From Myxococcota bacterium (GTDB taxonomy: Bacteria; Myxococcota; JACRCW01), in the NCBI GenBank assembly GCA_040752415.1, contig JBFMGU010000020.1:1-64000 (forward strand): 64,000 bases of DNA. Direction: 5' to 3'. The translations under genes were made by a program, and so were the position numbers. Each line of letters begins with the position of its first letter. Position 1 is the first letter of the stretch. The notes beneath the pieces are model-generated. The model worked only from the letters and a program-made list of their open reading frames with translations, was not told where the DNA came from and ran no database searches. Shown piece after piece: positions 39,216 through 48,732 of this stretch.

Positions 39216-39722
39216 ATGCTCGAGCAGCTGAAGAAGGAGCACCAGCTCCTGCGGGAGTGCCTGGCGGAGCTGCAGTGCGCCGCGGAGGACGCCGCGCACG
39301 ACGACGGAACGGGGCACCTGGCGGGACAGGTGGGACGGCTGGCCTGGCTGTGGCGCATGGTCCACAACCCCAAGGAGGACGGGCTGGTGCTGCCCTGTCT
39401 CATGGAGTCCGGCGCGCTCAAGGACCCGGAGGTGCTGGGGGTGGTGCTGCGTCGACAGCAGGCGGACCCGGCCATCAGCGCCACGCACCTGGGCCTCATG
39501 TCCTGGGATGCGCGCACGCGCCAGCGGGCCCGCGACGAGATCCTCACGTTGGTGGAGGAGCTCACGGTGATCCTGGAGGAGGAGGAGACGGTGGTGCACC
39601 CGCACCTGCTGCGCTGTCTGGGACCTGACCGGGCGCAGCGGCTGGAGGAGGCGCTGCAGCACGCGTGGGAGATGGGCGTGCGCGACCGACGCGGCGTCAC
39701 GGCGGGCGCGACGGTGCGCTGA
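39216..39722 (+). CDS. Hemerythrin-like domain protein (degenerate)
   Basis: LKKEHQLL, HNPKEDGLVLP and LEEEETVVHP follow the HHE pattern, but some His ligands appear missing. Confidence 0.6.
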   Translation: MLEQLKKEHQLLRECLAELQCAAEDAAHDDGTGHLAGQVGRLAWLWRMVHNPKEDGLVLPCLMESGALKDPEVLGVVLRRQQADPAISATHLGLMSWDARTRQRARDEILTLVEELTVILEEEETVVHPHLLRCLGPDRAQRLEEALQHAWEMGVRDRRGVTAGATVR

Positions 39723-39797
39723 GGGACCACCAGCACGTGACAGCCCGTTGCCACGCGGCCTAGGGTGCCCCGCCAGAGATTGCCGGACGGAGACACC

Positions 39798-40208
39798 GTG
39801 GTGACCACGCGGATCGTGACGGGACCCTCGTTGGACTTTGACCGTTTCTGGCGGTGGCTCAAGAACCATCCCAACTGCATCCTGGAGGCCGGCACCCCGG
39901 ACTGCATGATGCATGACCACGACAGCCTGCACTGGCACCTCACCGAGGACGAGGAGCGCAACCCGGTGGTGCAGCTCATCCTGGGCAAGATGCTGGTGGG
40001 AGAAATGGTGCTGGACGTGCACGACGCGCTGTTCGTGCAGTCCACGCTGGCGGAAGCGAGCGCGGAGGACACCGAGGATGAGGAACCGGGTCATTGCCTG
40101 TTCGAGGTGATGACCGGCTCCAGCGACGAGCCCGTCTCGCGCTACCACTTCGTCCTGGCCCACGGTTACGACGAGGAGATGATCCACCACATCCGCATGG
40201 CGCAGTGA
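39798..40208 (+). CDS. Acidic hypothetical protein
   Basis: Good codon usage. FDRFWRWLKNHPNCILEAGT..DHD.LHW. GTG after GGAG. Confidence 0.7.
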   Translation: MVTTRIVTGPSLDFDRFWRWLKNHPNCILEAGTPDCMMHDHDSLHWHLTEDEERNPVVQLILGKMLVGEMVLDVHDALFVQSTLAEASAEDTEDEEPGHCLFEVMTGSSDEPVSRYHFVLAHGYDEEMIHHIRMAQ

Positions 40209-40225
40209 CGTGTCCGCGGTGGCGC

Positions 40226-40612
40226 TCAGGAGGTCATGGCTCCGCCCACGCTGACGTCCGCGCGGCTCACCACGCCAATGCAGCGGCCGGCTTCATCCAC
40301 CACCGGCACGCGCTGGACCTGGCACACCTCCATGGTCTCTTCCACGGTCTCCACGTCGTCGTCGGGGGAGCAGAAGGGGACGTCGGTGGTCATCACCTCC
40401 CCGCCGGGCGTGTCGCCGTCCAGGGCGGGGTCATGGCTGTGCTCCCCCAGCTCACGTCGGGTGATCATGCCCACCAGCGCCCGGTTCTCCAGGCTGTCCA
40501 CGATGGGCAGACCGTTCCACCCGTTCTCCTCCATCAACTGCGCCACCAACGCCAACGGCGTGTCTGGGGTGCAGCACACCGGGTCTGGTGTCATGAGCTC
40601 ACGGACCTTCAT
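40226..40612 (-). CDS. CBS domain protein
   Basis: MKVRELMTPDP, LPIVD..LVGMIT, QRVPVVDEAGRCIGVVSRADV. Confidence 0.9.
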   Translation of the reverse strand: MKVRELMTPDPVCCTPDTPLALVAQLMEENGWNGLPIVDSLENRALVGMITRRELGEHSHDPALDGDTPGGEVMTTDVPFCSPDDDVETVEETMEVCQVQRVPVVDEAGRCIGVVSRADVSVGGAMTS

Positions 40613-40824
40613 GGTGTTCCCCGGGCCAGCAGCGTGGATGTCCGGCAGCCGCCTTCGCGAAGCCCCCGGAATGTAACGCCCTCCCCCACCCGCGCCCGAG
40701 ATGGGTTGCTGGGGAACGCGGATCGCATTCCTCCGGTGGTCCTCCCTGGCGTCGTCGTGGCCGTGATCGGGGACGGCGGGGTCGAGCGCGGATGTCCATG
40801 AGGGGTGCGCCAGGACACGTTGCC

Positions 40825-41054
40825 CATGGGGTCCGTGACACTCTCAAGCGGACCACAACCTGGAGTGCGGCGGGCCCTCGCCGCCCTGGTCAGCGCCGAG
40901 CGGTGGCGCTCTCGTCAGCGGTCGGCGGTCGCGGAGACCTCGACGCCGCGTCGGGGACCGTTCCACACGTGGACCACACACTCGGCTCTGACCAGGGCGG
41001 CGAGGGCCCGCCGCACTCCAGGTTGTGGTCCGCTGGGAGTGTCACGCACCCATG
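40825..41054. repeat. REPIN-like element: about 75-bp inverted arms (40825-40900, 40981-41054)
   Basis: GCGGACCACAACCTGGAGTGCGGCGGGCCCTCGCCGCCCTGGTCAG and its reverse complement flank an 80-bp spacer. Confidence 0.88.
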
Positions 41055-41110
41055 AGCAACGTGTCCTGGCGCAACCCCGAGGACGTCCGCGCCTCCCCTC
41101 GACGACGTCC

Positions 41111-41443
41111 TCAGCTCCAGCTCCGCTCCTGGTTGCGTGCGTTCTTCTCGCGGAACGCCTGCTCCAGGTCCACGCCCACGCGATTGGCGATCGCCAGCAG
41201 GTAGTTGAAGACGTCCACCAGCTCCTCGGCCAGGTTGGCCCGCACCACCTCCGACGGAGCTCCCGCACCCTCGTCGAACAGCTTCTGGTACCGCCGCACC
41301 GCCTTGAACAGCTCCCCCATCTCCTCGCCCATGAGGAAGCAGTTGTGCACCAGGTCCACCTTGAGCCAGCCGTGCTTGGCCTCCAGCTCATGGATGTAGC
41401 GCTGGTAGTCCTGCATGGTGGCGCGCTCGGGGAGCTTGATCAT
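41111..41443 (-). CDS. MazG-like nucleotide pyrophosphohydrolase
   Basis: LMGEEMGELFKAVR, AEELVDVFNYL..AN..GVDLEQAF.EK..N..R. Confidence 0.88.
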   Translation of the reverse strand: MIKLPERATMQDYQRYIHELEAKHGWLKVDLVHNCFLMGEEMGELFKAVRRYQKLFDEGAGAPSEVVRANLAEELVDVFNYLLAIANRVGVDLEQAFREKNARNQERSWS

Positions 41444-41487
41444 CACCTTCTCCGCTATGGTCGCCGCAAAGGACGGTGTCGACGACC

Positions 41488-42042
41488 ATGGAACCCATGC
41501 TACGCGTCCCCAAGCTCCCGGTCACCGTGGAAATCACGCTGGAGGGTGGCCTGCGTCGTCGGGGCGCCATCCACATGCTGCCCATGCTCGCCGACGGTCG
41601 CGGCGCGGAGCGCGTGGTGGACCTCCTGGAATCACCCGAGCCCTTCCTCCCGCTCACCGACGGCGCCGCGGTCACGCTGCTCAACAAGCACCGCATGGTG
41701 ACCGTGCGCGTGGAGAGCGCGCGCCACGTGGGCCTGCAGTCCGAGACCCCGCTTCCCGGCGAGGAGACCGAGCAACCCGTGCTGCTGACCCTGGCCACCC
41801 TCCCCGCGCGCGAGCGGCAGGTCCACGGCAGCCTCCGCGTCCCGGTCCTCCCCACCGGGCGCCGCCTGCTGGACCACGTCAACCAGGCCCCCGCGTTCCT
41901 GCCCCTCCGCCTCACCGAGGGCTGGCTGCTCGTGGCCACGCGCTACGTCGTGGAATGCGCCCCGCGCGACGGCCATCCCACGGCCCGGGCCCCTCGTCCC
42001 ACCCGTGCACAAGGCGCCCGGGCCCGTCGTCGCGCGCGTTGA
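41488..42042 (+). CDS. Hypothetical protein
   Basis: Internal two-fold repeat (RVVDLLESPEPFLPL / RLLDHVNQAPAFLPL) and good codon usage. Confidence 0.7.
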   Translation: MEPMLRVPKLPVTVEITLEGGLRRRGAIHMLPMLADGRGAERVVDLLESPEPFLPLTDGAAVTLLNKHRMVTVRVESARHVGLQSETPLPGEETEQPVLLTLATLPARERQVHGSLRVPVLPTGRRLLDHVNQAPAFLPLRLTEGWLLVATRYVVECAPRDGHPTARAPRPTRAQGARARRRAR

Positions 42043-42377
42043 GCACTGCCGGCACGGCCGCAAGCGTCTCCGTCGTCGTGAGGCACCGGGCGGCGCCACC
42101 AGGAGCGGCTTTGGCACGCGCGCGCGGCATCCTGGAACGGCATCCCCGGGTGGGCGCGCCAGCCTGGCCGTGGTCCCGCGGCGCGCGCGCGCTGGCCGCG
42201 AACCGCACTCTCTCCCCGCCCCGTGACGACGGAGCCAGCCCCTCTCCAACCACTCGGTTTGACCGCGAGGGTGGGCGTGCTGTGGTGAACTTGGAGGTGA
42301 CAGCGTGGCGGTCTGCCGATAGTGTGCCCGCGCTTCGACGGCAGAACTCTTCACCCATCACGGAAGCAGCCGACCGC

Positions 42378-42584
42378 ATGACGACAACCGACAAGCGCAA
42401 GCAAAGCCTGTACTTCCCCGAGGAGATGCTCAAGGACATCCAGCACCAGGCGCACCGCCTGGACCGCTCGATGTCGTGGGTGGTGCAGAAGGCGTGGCGC
42501 ATTGCCCGCCAGGAGATTGCCAAGTACCCCAGCGTCAACGACCTGGCCGACGACGCCGACGACGTCCGCGGCAAGACCGAGTGA
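42378..42584 (+). CDS. Myxobacterial small protein (TIGR04563 / MXAN_4361-like, RHH-like)
   Basis: DKRKQSLYFPEEML.+I...A.RLDRS.SWVVQ.AW signature. Confidence 0.85.
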   Translation: MTTTDKRKQSLYFPEEMLKDIQHQAHRLDRSMSWVVQKAWRIARQEIAKYPSVNDLADDADDVRGKTE

Positions 42585-42718
42585 CCAGCGCGCTTGGCGC
42601 GTGAATCCGGAGACCGACCGCGCCCCGTCCTGTGGTTGTGCGGGCGTGGTCGTCTCCCTGGAACCTGACAGCGTGAGCCCGTGAGCCGCCCGGACGCCCC
42701 TGGAGCGTGCGTCACGGG

Positions 42719-43525
42719 CTATTTGCGTCGTGGCGCCGCGCTGGCCAGCTGGCGTGCCACCGGCGTCTGCTTGGGATCCATGATCGGCGTGAGCAGGATC
42801 TCGATGCGCCGGTTGCGCGCGCGACCTTCCGCGTTGGCGTTGTTTCCCACCGGCTGGAACTGCCCATGTCCCGACGCCACCAGGCGCCTGCCGGGGATGT
42901 CGGCCTGCTCGTGGAGGAAGCGCACCACGGTCACCGCGCGCGCGGTGGAGAGCTCCCAGTTGCTGGGGAAGCGGTCCTTGAGCTTGTCGGTGGGGGGCGC
43001 GTCGTCGGTGTGGCCGGAGACCTGGAGCTGACGGTTCTCCACCTTGGCCAGCACGGCGCCCAGGCGCAGCAGCACCTCCTGGCCCCGACGCGTCAGCTCG
43101 GCCTGGCCGGAGTCGAACAGGATCTTGTCCACCAGGTCCACCTGGATGCGCTCCCCGTTCTGGGTCAGCCGGATGTCGCCGTGGCGGATCTCCTCCTTCA
43201 GCTTGTCCTGCAGCGTGTCATAGGTCTCCCGCAGCTTGGCAATCTCCGCCTCACGCTCCTTGACCTTCTGGCTGAGCGTCTCGTTGGCGTCCTGGAGCGC
43301 GCGCTTCTCGGCCTCCGCCGACAGCAACCGCTCCTCGGCGTCCTGCTCCGCTGCCCGCGCTTCCTGCGTCCGCGCCTCCTCCTGGGCCAGCAGCTCCGCC
43401 GCCACCAGCGAGCCGCCGCCAATGCCCAGCGCCAGCAGCGCGCACAACACCCACGGTCCCTTGGAGGGTAGGGGAGGAAGATGGTCGTACGGGTTCTCAC
43501 GGGTGGGGATGTGGATGTCCGGCAT
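42719..43525 (-). CDS. OmpA/MotB family protein with coiled coil
   Basis: TM helix, coiled coil, LFDSG, GHTDD, NWELSTARA, GRARNRRIEI. Confidence 0.92.
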   Translation of the reverse strand: MPDIHIPTRENPYDHLPPLPSKGPWVLCALLALGIGGGSLVAAELLAQEEARTQEARAAEQDAEERLLSAEAEKRALQDANETLSQKVKEREAEIAKLRETYDTLQDKLKEEIRHGDIRLTQNGERIQVDLVDKILFDSGQAELTRRGQEVLLRLGAVLAKVENRQLQVSGHTDDAPPTDKLKDRFPSNWELSTARAVTVVRFLHEQADIPGRRLVASGHGQFQPVGNNANAEGRARNRRIEILLTPIMDPKQTPVARQLASAAPRRK

Positions 43526-43811
43526 GCGCGCCTCCGTCGGGGAAGGAGATGCCCGTCATCTCGCCACGGGCCCACCCGCCGCACGTCCGCGACCTGGCTG
43601 AAGCGCGGATGTGTTCAAGCCTGCGCCCAACGCCGCGGCCACGCGTTTTCTCGTCGGAGATTCCGCCGGTGCGGCGCTGCCGCGTGGCCCTCCGTGCCGT
43701 GACGGATGCGACCCGTGGCGGCGCCAATTCCGGGCGAGCGCCACCTTCCCTCCCCACGGTGGCGACGTTGCGCTATCCCCCGTGGGTGGCGTCCCACCGT
43801 TGAGCGTCCGC

Positions 43812-44261
43812 ATGCCCCTTGTTCCCCTTCCCACCGCTCCCGCCGAGACCCACCACTGGCAGACGCCGCACTCGGAATTGTGGGCCTGGTCGCCAACCGA
43901 GGGGATGCTGGCCACGCGGGCGCGCGGTCGCTTTGACGTGGACCTGGTGCAGAAGGCCATCCAGTGCTTCGAGGAGCTGGGCGTATCCACCCGCCACGTC
44001 GACGCGTTCCACGACTGGGAAGGCGTGGAGGCCTACACCCCGGAGGCGCGACTGCTCTACACCGAGTGGAGCAAGGAACGGCGCGCGCGCATCACTGGCA
44101 GCGTGCACATCCTGCTGGCCTCCAAGCTCCTGGCCATGGGTGTGGCGGTGGCCAACGTGGTCCTCAAGAACACGCTGAACTCGTACATGACGCGCGCCAG
44201 TTTCGAGCGTGAGCGCGCACGCTACGCGTCGCTGCCGCTCCCGGAACGCGTGCCGCGCTGA
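43812..44261 (+). CDS. Hypothetical protein (STAS/SEC14-like)
   Basis: FHDWEGVEAYTPEAR..W, VHIL..SKL+AMGV pattern. Good codon usage. Confidence 0.6.
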   Translation: MPLVPLPTAPAETHHWQTPHSELWAWSPTEGMLATRARGRFDVDLVQKAIQCFEELGVSTRHVDAFHDWEGVEAYTPEARLLYTEWSKERRARITGSVHILLASKLLAMGVAVANVVLKNTLNSYMTRASFERERARYASLPLPERVPR

Positions 44262-44282
44262 CGACGAAGCTCACCGGGTGGC

Positions 44283-44483
44283 TCACCGACCGCGCAGCAA
44301 CATGGCCACGGCCGCCGCGCTCTTCGCCAGCTCGTCGGCGAGCTCGAGCTGCTCGGACAGGGCGTGCAGGCGGGCCATGTCCGGGAGCACCTCCTGCATC
44401 GTCTGCGCGGGCTGTTGGCGACCCCGAGGCTGTCGGCCTTTGCGCGTGGCGTTGCCGGTGCGGCGCTTGGTGTTGGTGACCAT
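44283..44483 (-). CDS. Small hypothetical protein
   Basis: 66 aa with basic N-terminus and helical C-terminus. Weak support. Confidence 0.4.
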   Translation of the reverse strand: MVTNTKRRTGNATRKGRQPRGRQQPAQTMQEVLPDMARLHALSEQLELADELAKSAAAVAMLLRGR

Positions 44484-44526
44484 GGCGCTGGCTTAGAGGT
44501 GGGTGGGCTGACCTGCAAGTGGGTGC

Positions 44527-45009
44527 GTGACAAGGCTGGGCACCAGGGAGATGCTGCGCGACCTCCACATGGTCGGTCCCACTCCCGCCGCGCGGGGCTC
44601 AACGCGTCGCCTGCTCGGGCATGGCGCAGTGCTGCTCGTTGCCATGCTGGTCGCCGAGGTGGGCATCTACGGGCAGCTCATCGTGCCGCGCCTTCCGTCG
44701 GTGGCGCGGGTTCCCCTGGGTTGGTGGGCGGGGATGTACCTGCCGGTGTTGCTTGCGTGTGTCGTCGTGGGCGTGCGGTTGCGCTCGGGATGGGACGTGG
44801 TGGTGCACGCACTCCTGGCCGGGGCCATCACGCAGGTGCTCAAGCAGGTGCTGGCCGTGCTGCAGGCGCCGGGACACCTCAAGAGCATGGCGGTGGAGGA
44901 CCCGCTGGCGTTCTGGACCGTGATGTCGGCGCGAATCACGTTCGGCTTCCTCGTGCTGTTCGCCATCATCCACGGTACTGCCCGTTGGGCGCGCGCCAGG
45001 ACGAGGTGA
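44527..45009 (+). CDS. Hypothetical membrane protein (about 4 TM)
   Basis: Four hydrophobic segments. Start uncertain. Confidence 0.6.
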   Translation: MTRLGTREMLRDLHMVGPTPAARGSTRRLLGHGAVLLVAMLVAEVGIYGQLIVPRLPSVARVPLGWWAGMYLPVLLACVVVGVRLRSGWDVVVHALLAGAITQVLKQVLAVLQAPGHLKSMAVEDPLAFWTVMSARITFGFLVLFAIIHGTARWARARTR

Positions 45010-45085
45010 CGGACGAGGACCCGACGTGAGGGCTGCGTCGGAACAGGTTGGCCAATTCGGTCCGATGCCCTCGAACACCTAACCC

Positions 45086-45251
45086 CCCACGTTCATGCCG
45101 TTCTGCACGCTCGCCCCCCTTCCCCAGTACCGATTTTCCGTCGTTACCGAGCCGGGGAAGGGGGGCACTCGTTTGAGGCCAACGCGATTTGTCGTCGGAA
45201 AGAGGTCAACCGTTGACCGATTGCCCCCGTGCAGAACGGCATGAACGTGGG
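45086..45251. repeat. MITE-like element with perfect 24-bp terminal inverted repeats
   Basis: CCCACGTTCATGCCGTTCTGCACG (45086-45109) and CGTGCAGAACGGCATGAACGTGGG (45228-45251). Confidence 0.75.
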
Positions 45252-45309
45252 CAGCCTTGCCTGCCGCAATCTCTCCCCGCCGCTCCCACCGCAAGTCCGA
45301 TGGTCTCGT

Positions 45310-45487
45310 CGTCCCAAGGCGTTGGGAAGGTGAAGTCGGTGGGGCTCGCTGAAGTGGCCGCTCGTCGGCGGCTGCAGATGGCTCCTGGACGGGCGGGGTC
45401 TTCTCCCGTCAACGGGCCGCGCGCCAAACGTTCCGGCGAGCGGCGCTTCAATGGCCCAGCCGCTCCCCTCCCAACGCCTTTGGGACG
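45310..45487. repeat. Nested inverted-repeat structure upstream of metG
   Basis: CGTCCCAAGGCGTTGGGAAGG pairs with CCCTCCCAACGCCTTTGGGACG. An inner stem pairs about 45350-45368 with about 45433-45450. Confidence 0.6.
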
Positions 45488-45559
45488 CAACACGCCGTGG
45501 GCGCGACGTGGGGAAGGAGGGTTGTCGCCGTGGGCCGCGGTGTGCTTGGTTCCCCACCC

Positions 45560-47497
45560 ATGACAACGCACCCTGGTCCCCCCACCGACGTCGCCGCCGT
45601 CCTCCGCGAGCTCAAGCGCCCCAAGAAGGCCGTGGTGACGGCGGGAATGCCCTACGCCAACGGTCCGCTGCACCTGGGCCACCTTGCCGGCGCCCACGTC
45701 CCCGCCGACATCTACGCGCGCTTCCTTGGCATGCTCATCGGACGCGACAACGTGCTGTACGTCTGCGGCACCGACGAGCACGGCTCCACCAGCGAGCTTG
45801 CCGCCATGGCCGCCGGTCAGCCCGTCCGCCAGTTCATCGACTCGGTGCATGACCGGCAGCGCACCACGCTCGAGCGCTACGCCATTGGCCTGGACGTGTA
45901 CACGGGCACGTCACGACCGGAGTGCTTCCCCATCCACAAGGAGCTGTCCCAAGAATTCCTGCGACGGCTCTACAAGAACGGTCTCCTCTACAAGAAGAGC
46001 AGCCGCCAGTGGTTTGACCCCAAGATGCAGCGGTTCCTCCCGGACCGCTACGTGCGCGGCAAGTGCCCCAACCCCAAGTGTGGCGACGAGGACGCGTACA
46101 GCGACGAGTGCCCCCGCTGCGGCCACCAGCACCAGCCCGAGGAGCTGCTGAACCCGCGCAGCACCATCAGCGACGCCACGCCCGAGATGCGCGAGACCGT
46201 GCACCTGTGGCTGGACATGTGGGCGGTGGCGGAGACGTTGCGCGTGTGGATCCAGGGCAAGGAGAAGACCTGGCGCTCCGCGGTGCTCTCCGACGTGCTG
46301 GACAAGGTGCTCCCCTCGCTCAAGTTCCCCAACGAGCACGAGGCCGCGTACAAGGAGCTCAAGGCCACGCTGCCCAAGCACAAGAGCAAGTACGCGCCCG
46401 GCAAGAAGGTGGTGCTGCAGTTTGGCAACCGCGCCGACATGGACTCCGCGCGTGCCACGCTGAAGGCGCGCGGCATCGAGACCGAGCTCGTCGACGAGTG
46501 GGCGCACCGCTCCATCACACGGGACATTGCCTGGGGCATCCCCGTCCCCGAGGAGCTGGGCGAGGACCTGAAGGGCAAGACGCTCTACGTGTGGCCCGAC
46601 TCGCTCATTGCGCCCATCTCCTTCTCGCAGGTGGCGCTCAAGCAGAAGGGCCAGGACCCCGCCCGCTACGCCGAGTTCTGGAAAGACCCGGAAGCGCGCG
46701 TGGTGCAGTTCCTGGGACAGGACAACGTCTTCTTCTACGTGCTCATGCAGGGCGCCATGTGGCTGGGTACGCAGGAGGACCCGCACCGTCTGCCCAAGGC
46801 CGGGGAACTCCAGCTCACCGACATCATGGGCTGCTTCCACCTGCTGGTGAGCGGGGAGAAGATGAGCAAGAGCCGCGGCAACTTCTACACCGGGGACCAG
46901 CTCCTCGACGAGAAGGGCTACACCGCGGACCAGATCCGCTACTACCTGGCGCTGCTGGGGCTCTCCGAGAAGTCGTCGGACTTTGACTTCAACACGCTGG
47001 ACGCGCGCAACAAGTTCCTGGCCGGTCCCATGAACGCCGCGTTCGAGCGGCCTATCTCCGCCGTGCACTCCAAGTTCGGCGGCAAGGTGCCCGAGGGCGT
47101 GCTGCTGGAGAAGGTGGTGGCGGACACGGTGAAGATCGTGCGTCGTTACGTGAAGGCCATGGAGCGCGCCGACTACCACAGCATGCTGTTTGACGTGGAG
47201 AACTACGCCCGCACCATCAACAGCCTCTTCACGCAGTACAAGCCCCACGACGACCGCCACCCGGAAGAGCAGCGTCGTCACGCGCTGTACTCGGCGTTCT
47301 ACGTGCTGAAGAACCTGATGATCATGCTCTATCCCTTCGCCCCCACGACCATGGAGCGCCTGCGGGAGTCGTTGAACCTGCCGCCCGCGGTCTTCCGCCT
47401 GGACGAGCTGGGTGTGCCCATCCCCGCGGGACACGTCATCGGCCAGAAGCAGCAGTATTTCCCGGCGGTGGCGGGCGCGGACAAAGCGGAAGGGTAG
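45560..47497 (+). CDS. metG: Methionine--tRNA ligase homolog (atypical; no C-terminal OB domain)
   Basis: MPYANGPLHLGH (HIGH), GTDEHG, FLPDRYVRGKCP..C..C..C zinc knuckle, ITRD..WGIPVP, YVW, KMSKS. Confidence 0.85.
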   Translation: MTTHPGPPTDVAAVLRELKRPKKAVVTAGMPYANGPLHLGHLAGAHVPADIYARFLGMLIGRDNVLYVCGTDEHGSTSELAAMAAGQPVRQFIDSVHDRQRTTLERYAIGLDVYTGTSRPECFPIHKELSQEFLRRLYKNGLLYKKSSRQWFDPKMQRFLPDRYVRGKCPNPKCGDEDAYSDECPRCGHQHQPEELLNPRSTISDATPEMRETVHLWLDMWAVAETLRVWIQGKEKTWRSAVLSDVLDKVLPSLKFPNEHEAAYKELKATLPKHKSKYAPGKKVVLQFGNRADMDSARATLKARGIETELVDEWAHRSITRDIAWGIPVPEELGEDLKGKTLYVWPDSLIAPISFSQVALKQKGQDPARYAEFWKDPEARVVQFLGQDNVFFYVLMQGAMWLGTQEDPHRLPKAGELQLTDIMGCFHLLVSGEKMSKSRGNFYTGDQLLDEKGYTADQIRYYLALLGLSEKSSDFDFNTLDARNKFLAGPMNAAFERPISAVHSKFGGKVPEGVLLEKVVADTVKIVRRYVKAMERADYHSMLFDVENYARTINSLFTQYKPHDDRHPEEQRRHALYSAFYVLKNLMIMLYPFAPTTMERLRESLNLPPAVFRLDELGVPIPAGHVIGQKQQYFPAVAGADKAEG

Positions 47498-47757
47498 GAA
47501 ACCCGCGAGCGGAGTCTCCCCGCAGTCCGCGTCCAAAAAGCGCGGCGTGGCCGCGGCGCCGACGGCGGTCTGGGCTGACGACGTCCCGAACTCCCCACCG
47601 AACTCATTGGCCGCGGCCAGGAGCGTCCCGGCGTCCGAAAGTCCCGCGTGGGGTAGAGCCAGATTGCCGCGTCATCCACGGACGGTATGACCCCGGGGAG
47701 TGGTTGGCCCCGGAGTCATGCTGTTGACGAACGCGGGTCACTCCACTCTCACCGCGC

Positions 47758-48732
47758 CTACGTTGCGGGAACCGGCAGGACCGGACGTGCCACGTTGCCC
47801 AACAGGTCCGCAAGCGCGGCGTCCACGTCGGGAAACCGGAAAGTGAAGCCCGCTTCGAGCAACCGCCGTGGAACCACCCGACGGCTCTTGATGACCAGCT
47901 CGGTCTCGGTCCGGAGGAAGAACGCACCCACCTCCAGCATCCACCGCGGCGCTGGCAATCCCACGCGGACGCCACACCGTGCGCGCATGCGTCGCATCAG
48001 ATCCGCATTGGTGACCGGATGCGGCGCGCAGACATTCACGGGGCCCGCCAGCGCGTCGTTCGAGATGAGCCAGTCCACGGCGCGACAGAAGTCCTCCTCG
48101 TGAATCCAGGAAACGAACTGCGCGCCGCCTGCCATGGTGCCACCCAGTCCAAGCCGGGTCAGACGACGGAGCACGCGCAGCACGCCGCCGTGTTCACGAC
48201 CGAGCACCATGGCGGTGCGCAGGGCCACCTTGCGGATATGCGGCGTCCGTGCCTGCTCAAACACGCCCTCCCACGCCAGTGCGACCGCAACGGAGAAGGC
48301 GTCCTTCGCCTCCGGGGTCGCGCCGATGAGACCGTCGACGTCGTCACGAGACGCATCCAGGCTGTGCTTGTAGATGGTGGCAGTGCTGGAGTTCAGCCAG
48401 ACGCGCGGCGGGCGAGCACACGCCGCAATGGCCTCACCCAGCACGCGCGTCGACTGCAGGCGCGAATCCAGGATCTGTCTCCGGTTCCTCTCGGTGTAGC
48501 GGCAATCCACGGAGCGGCCGGCGAGGTTCACCACCGCGTCCGCGCCTTCGAGCGTTTCACACCAGGGTCCGCGCGTCTCACCGTCCCAGTGCAATTCCTG
48601 CCACGGCCTGCCGGTCCGGACCGGGCCGCGGGTGAGAACCACGACGTCAACGTCGCGCTCGCCGAGCCACCGCGCCAGCAGCGTGCCGAGGAACCCGCTC
48701 CCACCGGGAATCACCACCCTGCGCCTCTCCAT
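47758..48732 (-). CDS. TIGR01777-family NAD-dependent epimerase/oxidoreductase
   Basis: GGSGFLG, VVNLAGRSV, SRLQST, GAQFVSWIH, SRRVVPRRL..GF.F. Confidence 0.9.
   Translation of the reverse strand: MERRRVVIPGGSGFLGTLLARWLGERDVDVVVLTRGPVRTGRPWQELHWDGETRGPWCETLEGADAVVNLAGRSVDCRYTERNRRQILDSRLQSTRVLGEAIAACARPPRVWLNSSTATIYKHSLDASRDDVDGLIGATPEAKDAFSVAVALAWEGVFEQARTPHIRKVALRTAMVLGREHGGVLRVLRRLTRLGLGGTMAGGAQFVSWIHEEDFCRAVDWLISNDALAGPVNVCAPHPVTNADLMRRMRARCGVRVGLPAPRWMLEVGAFFLRTETELVIKSRRVVPRRLLEAGFTFRFPDVDAALADLLGNVARPVLPVPAT

Noticed and set aside
47686..47722. Hairpin ATGACCCCGGGG..CCCCGGAGTCAT between metG and the TIGR01777 gene
   Set aside because: Adequately explained as an ordinary terminator-like stem between convergent genes. 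No second copy seen.
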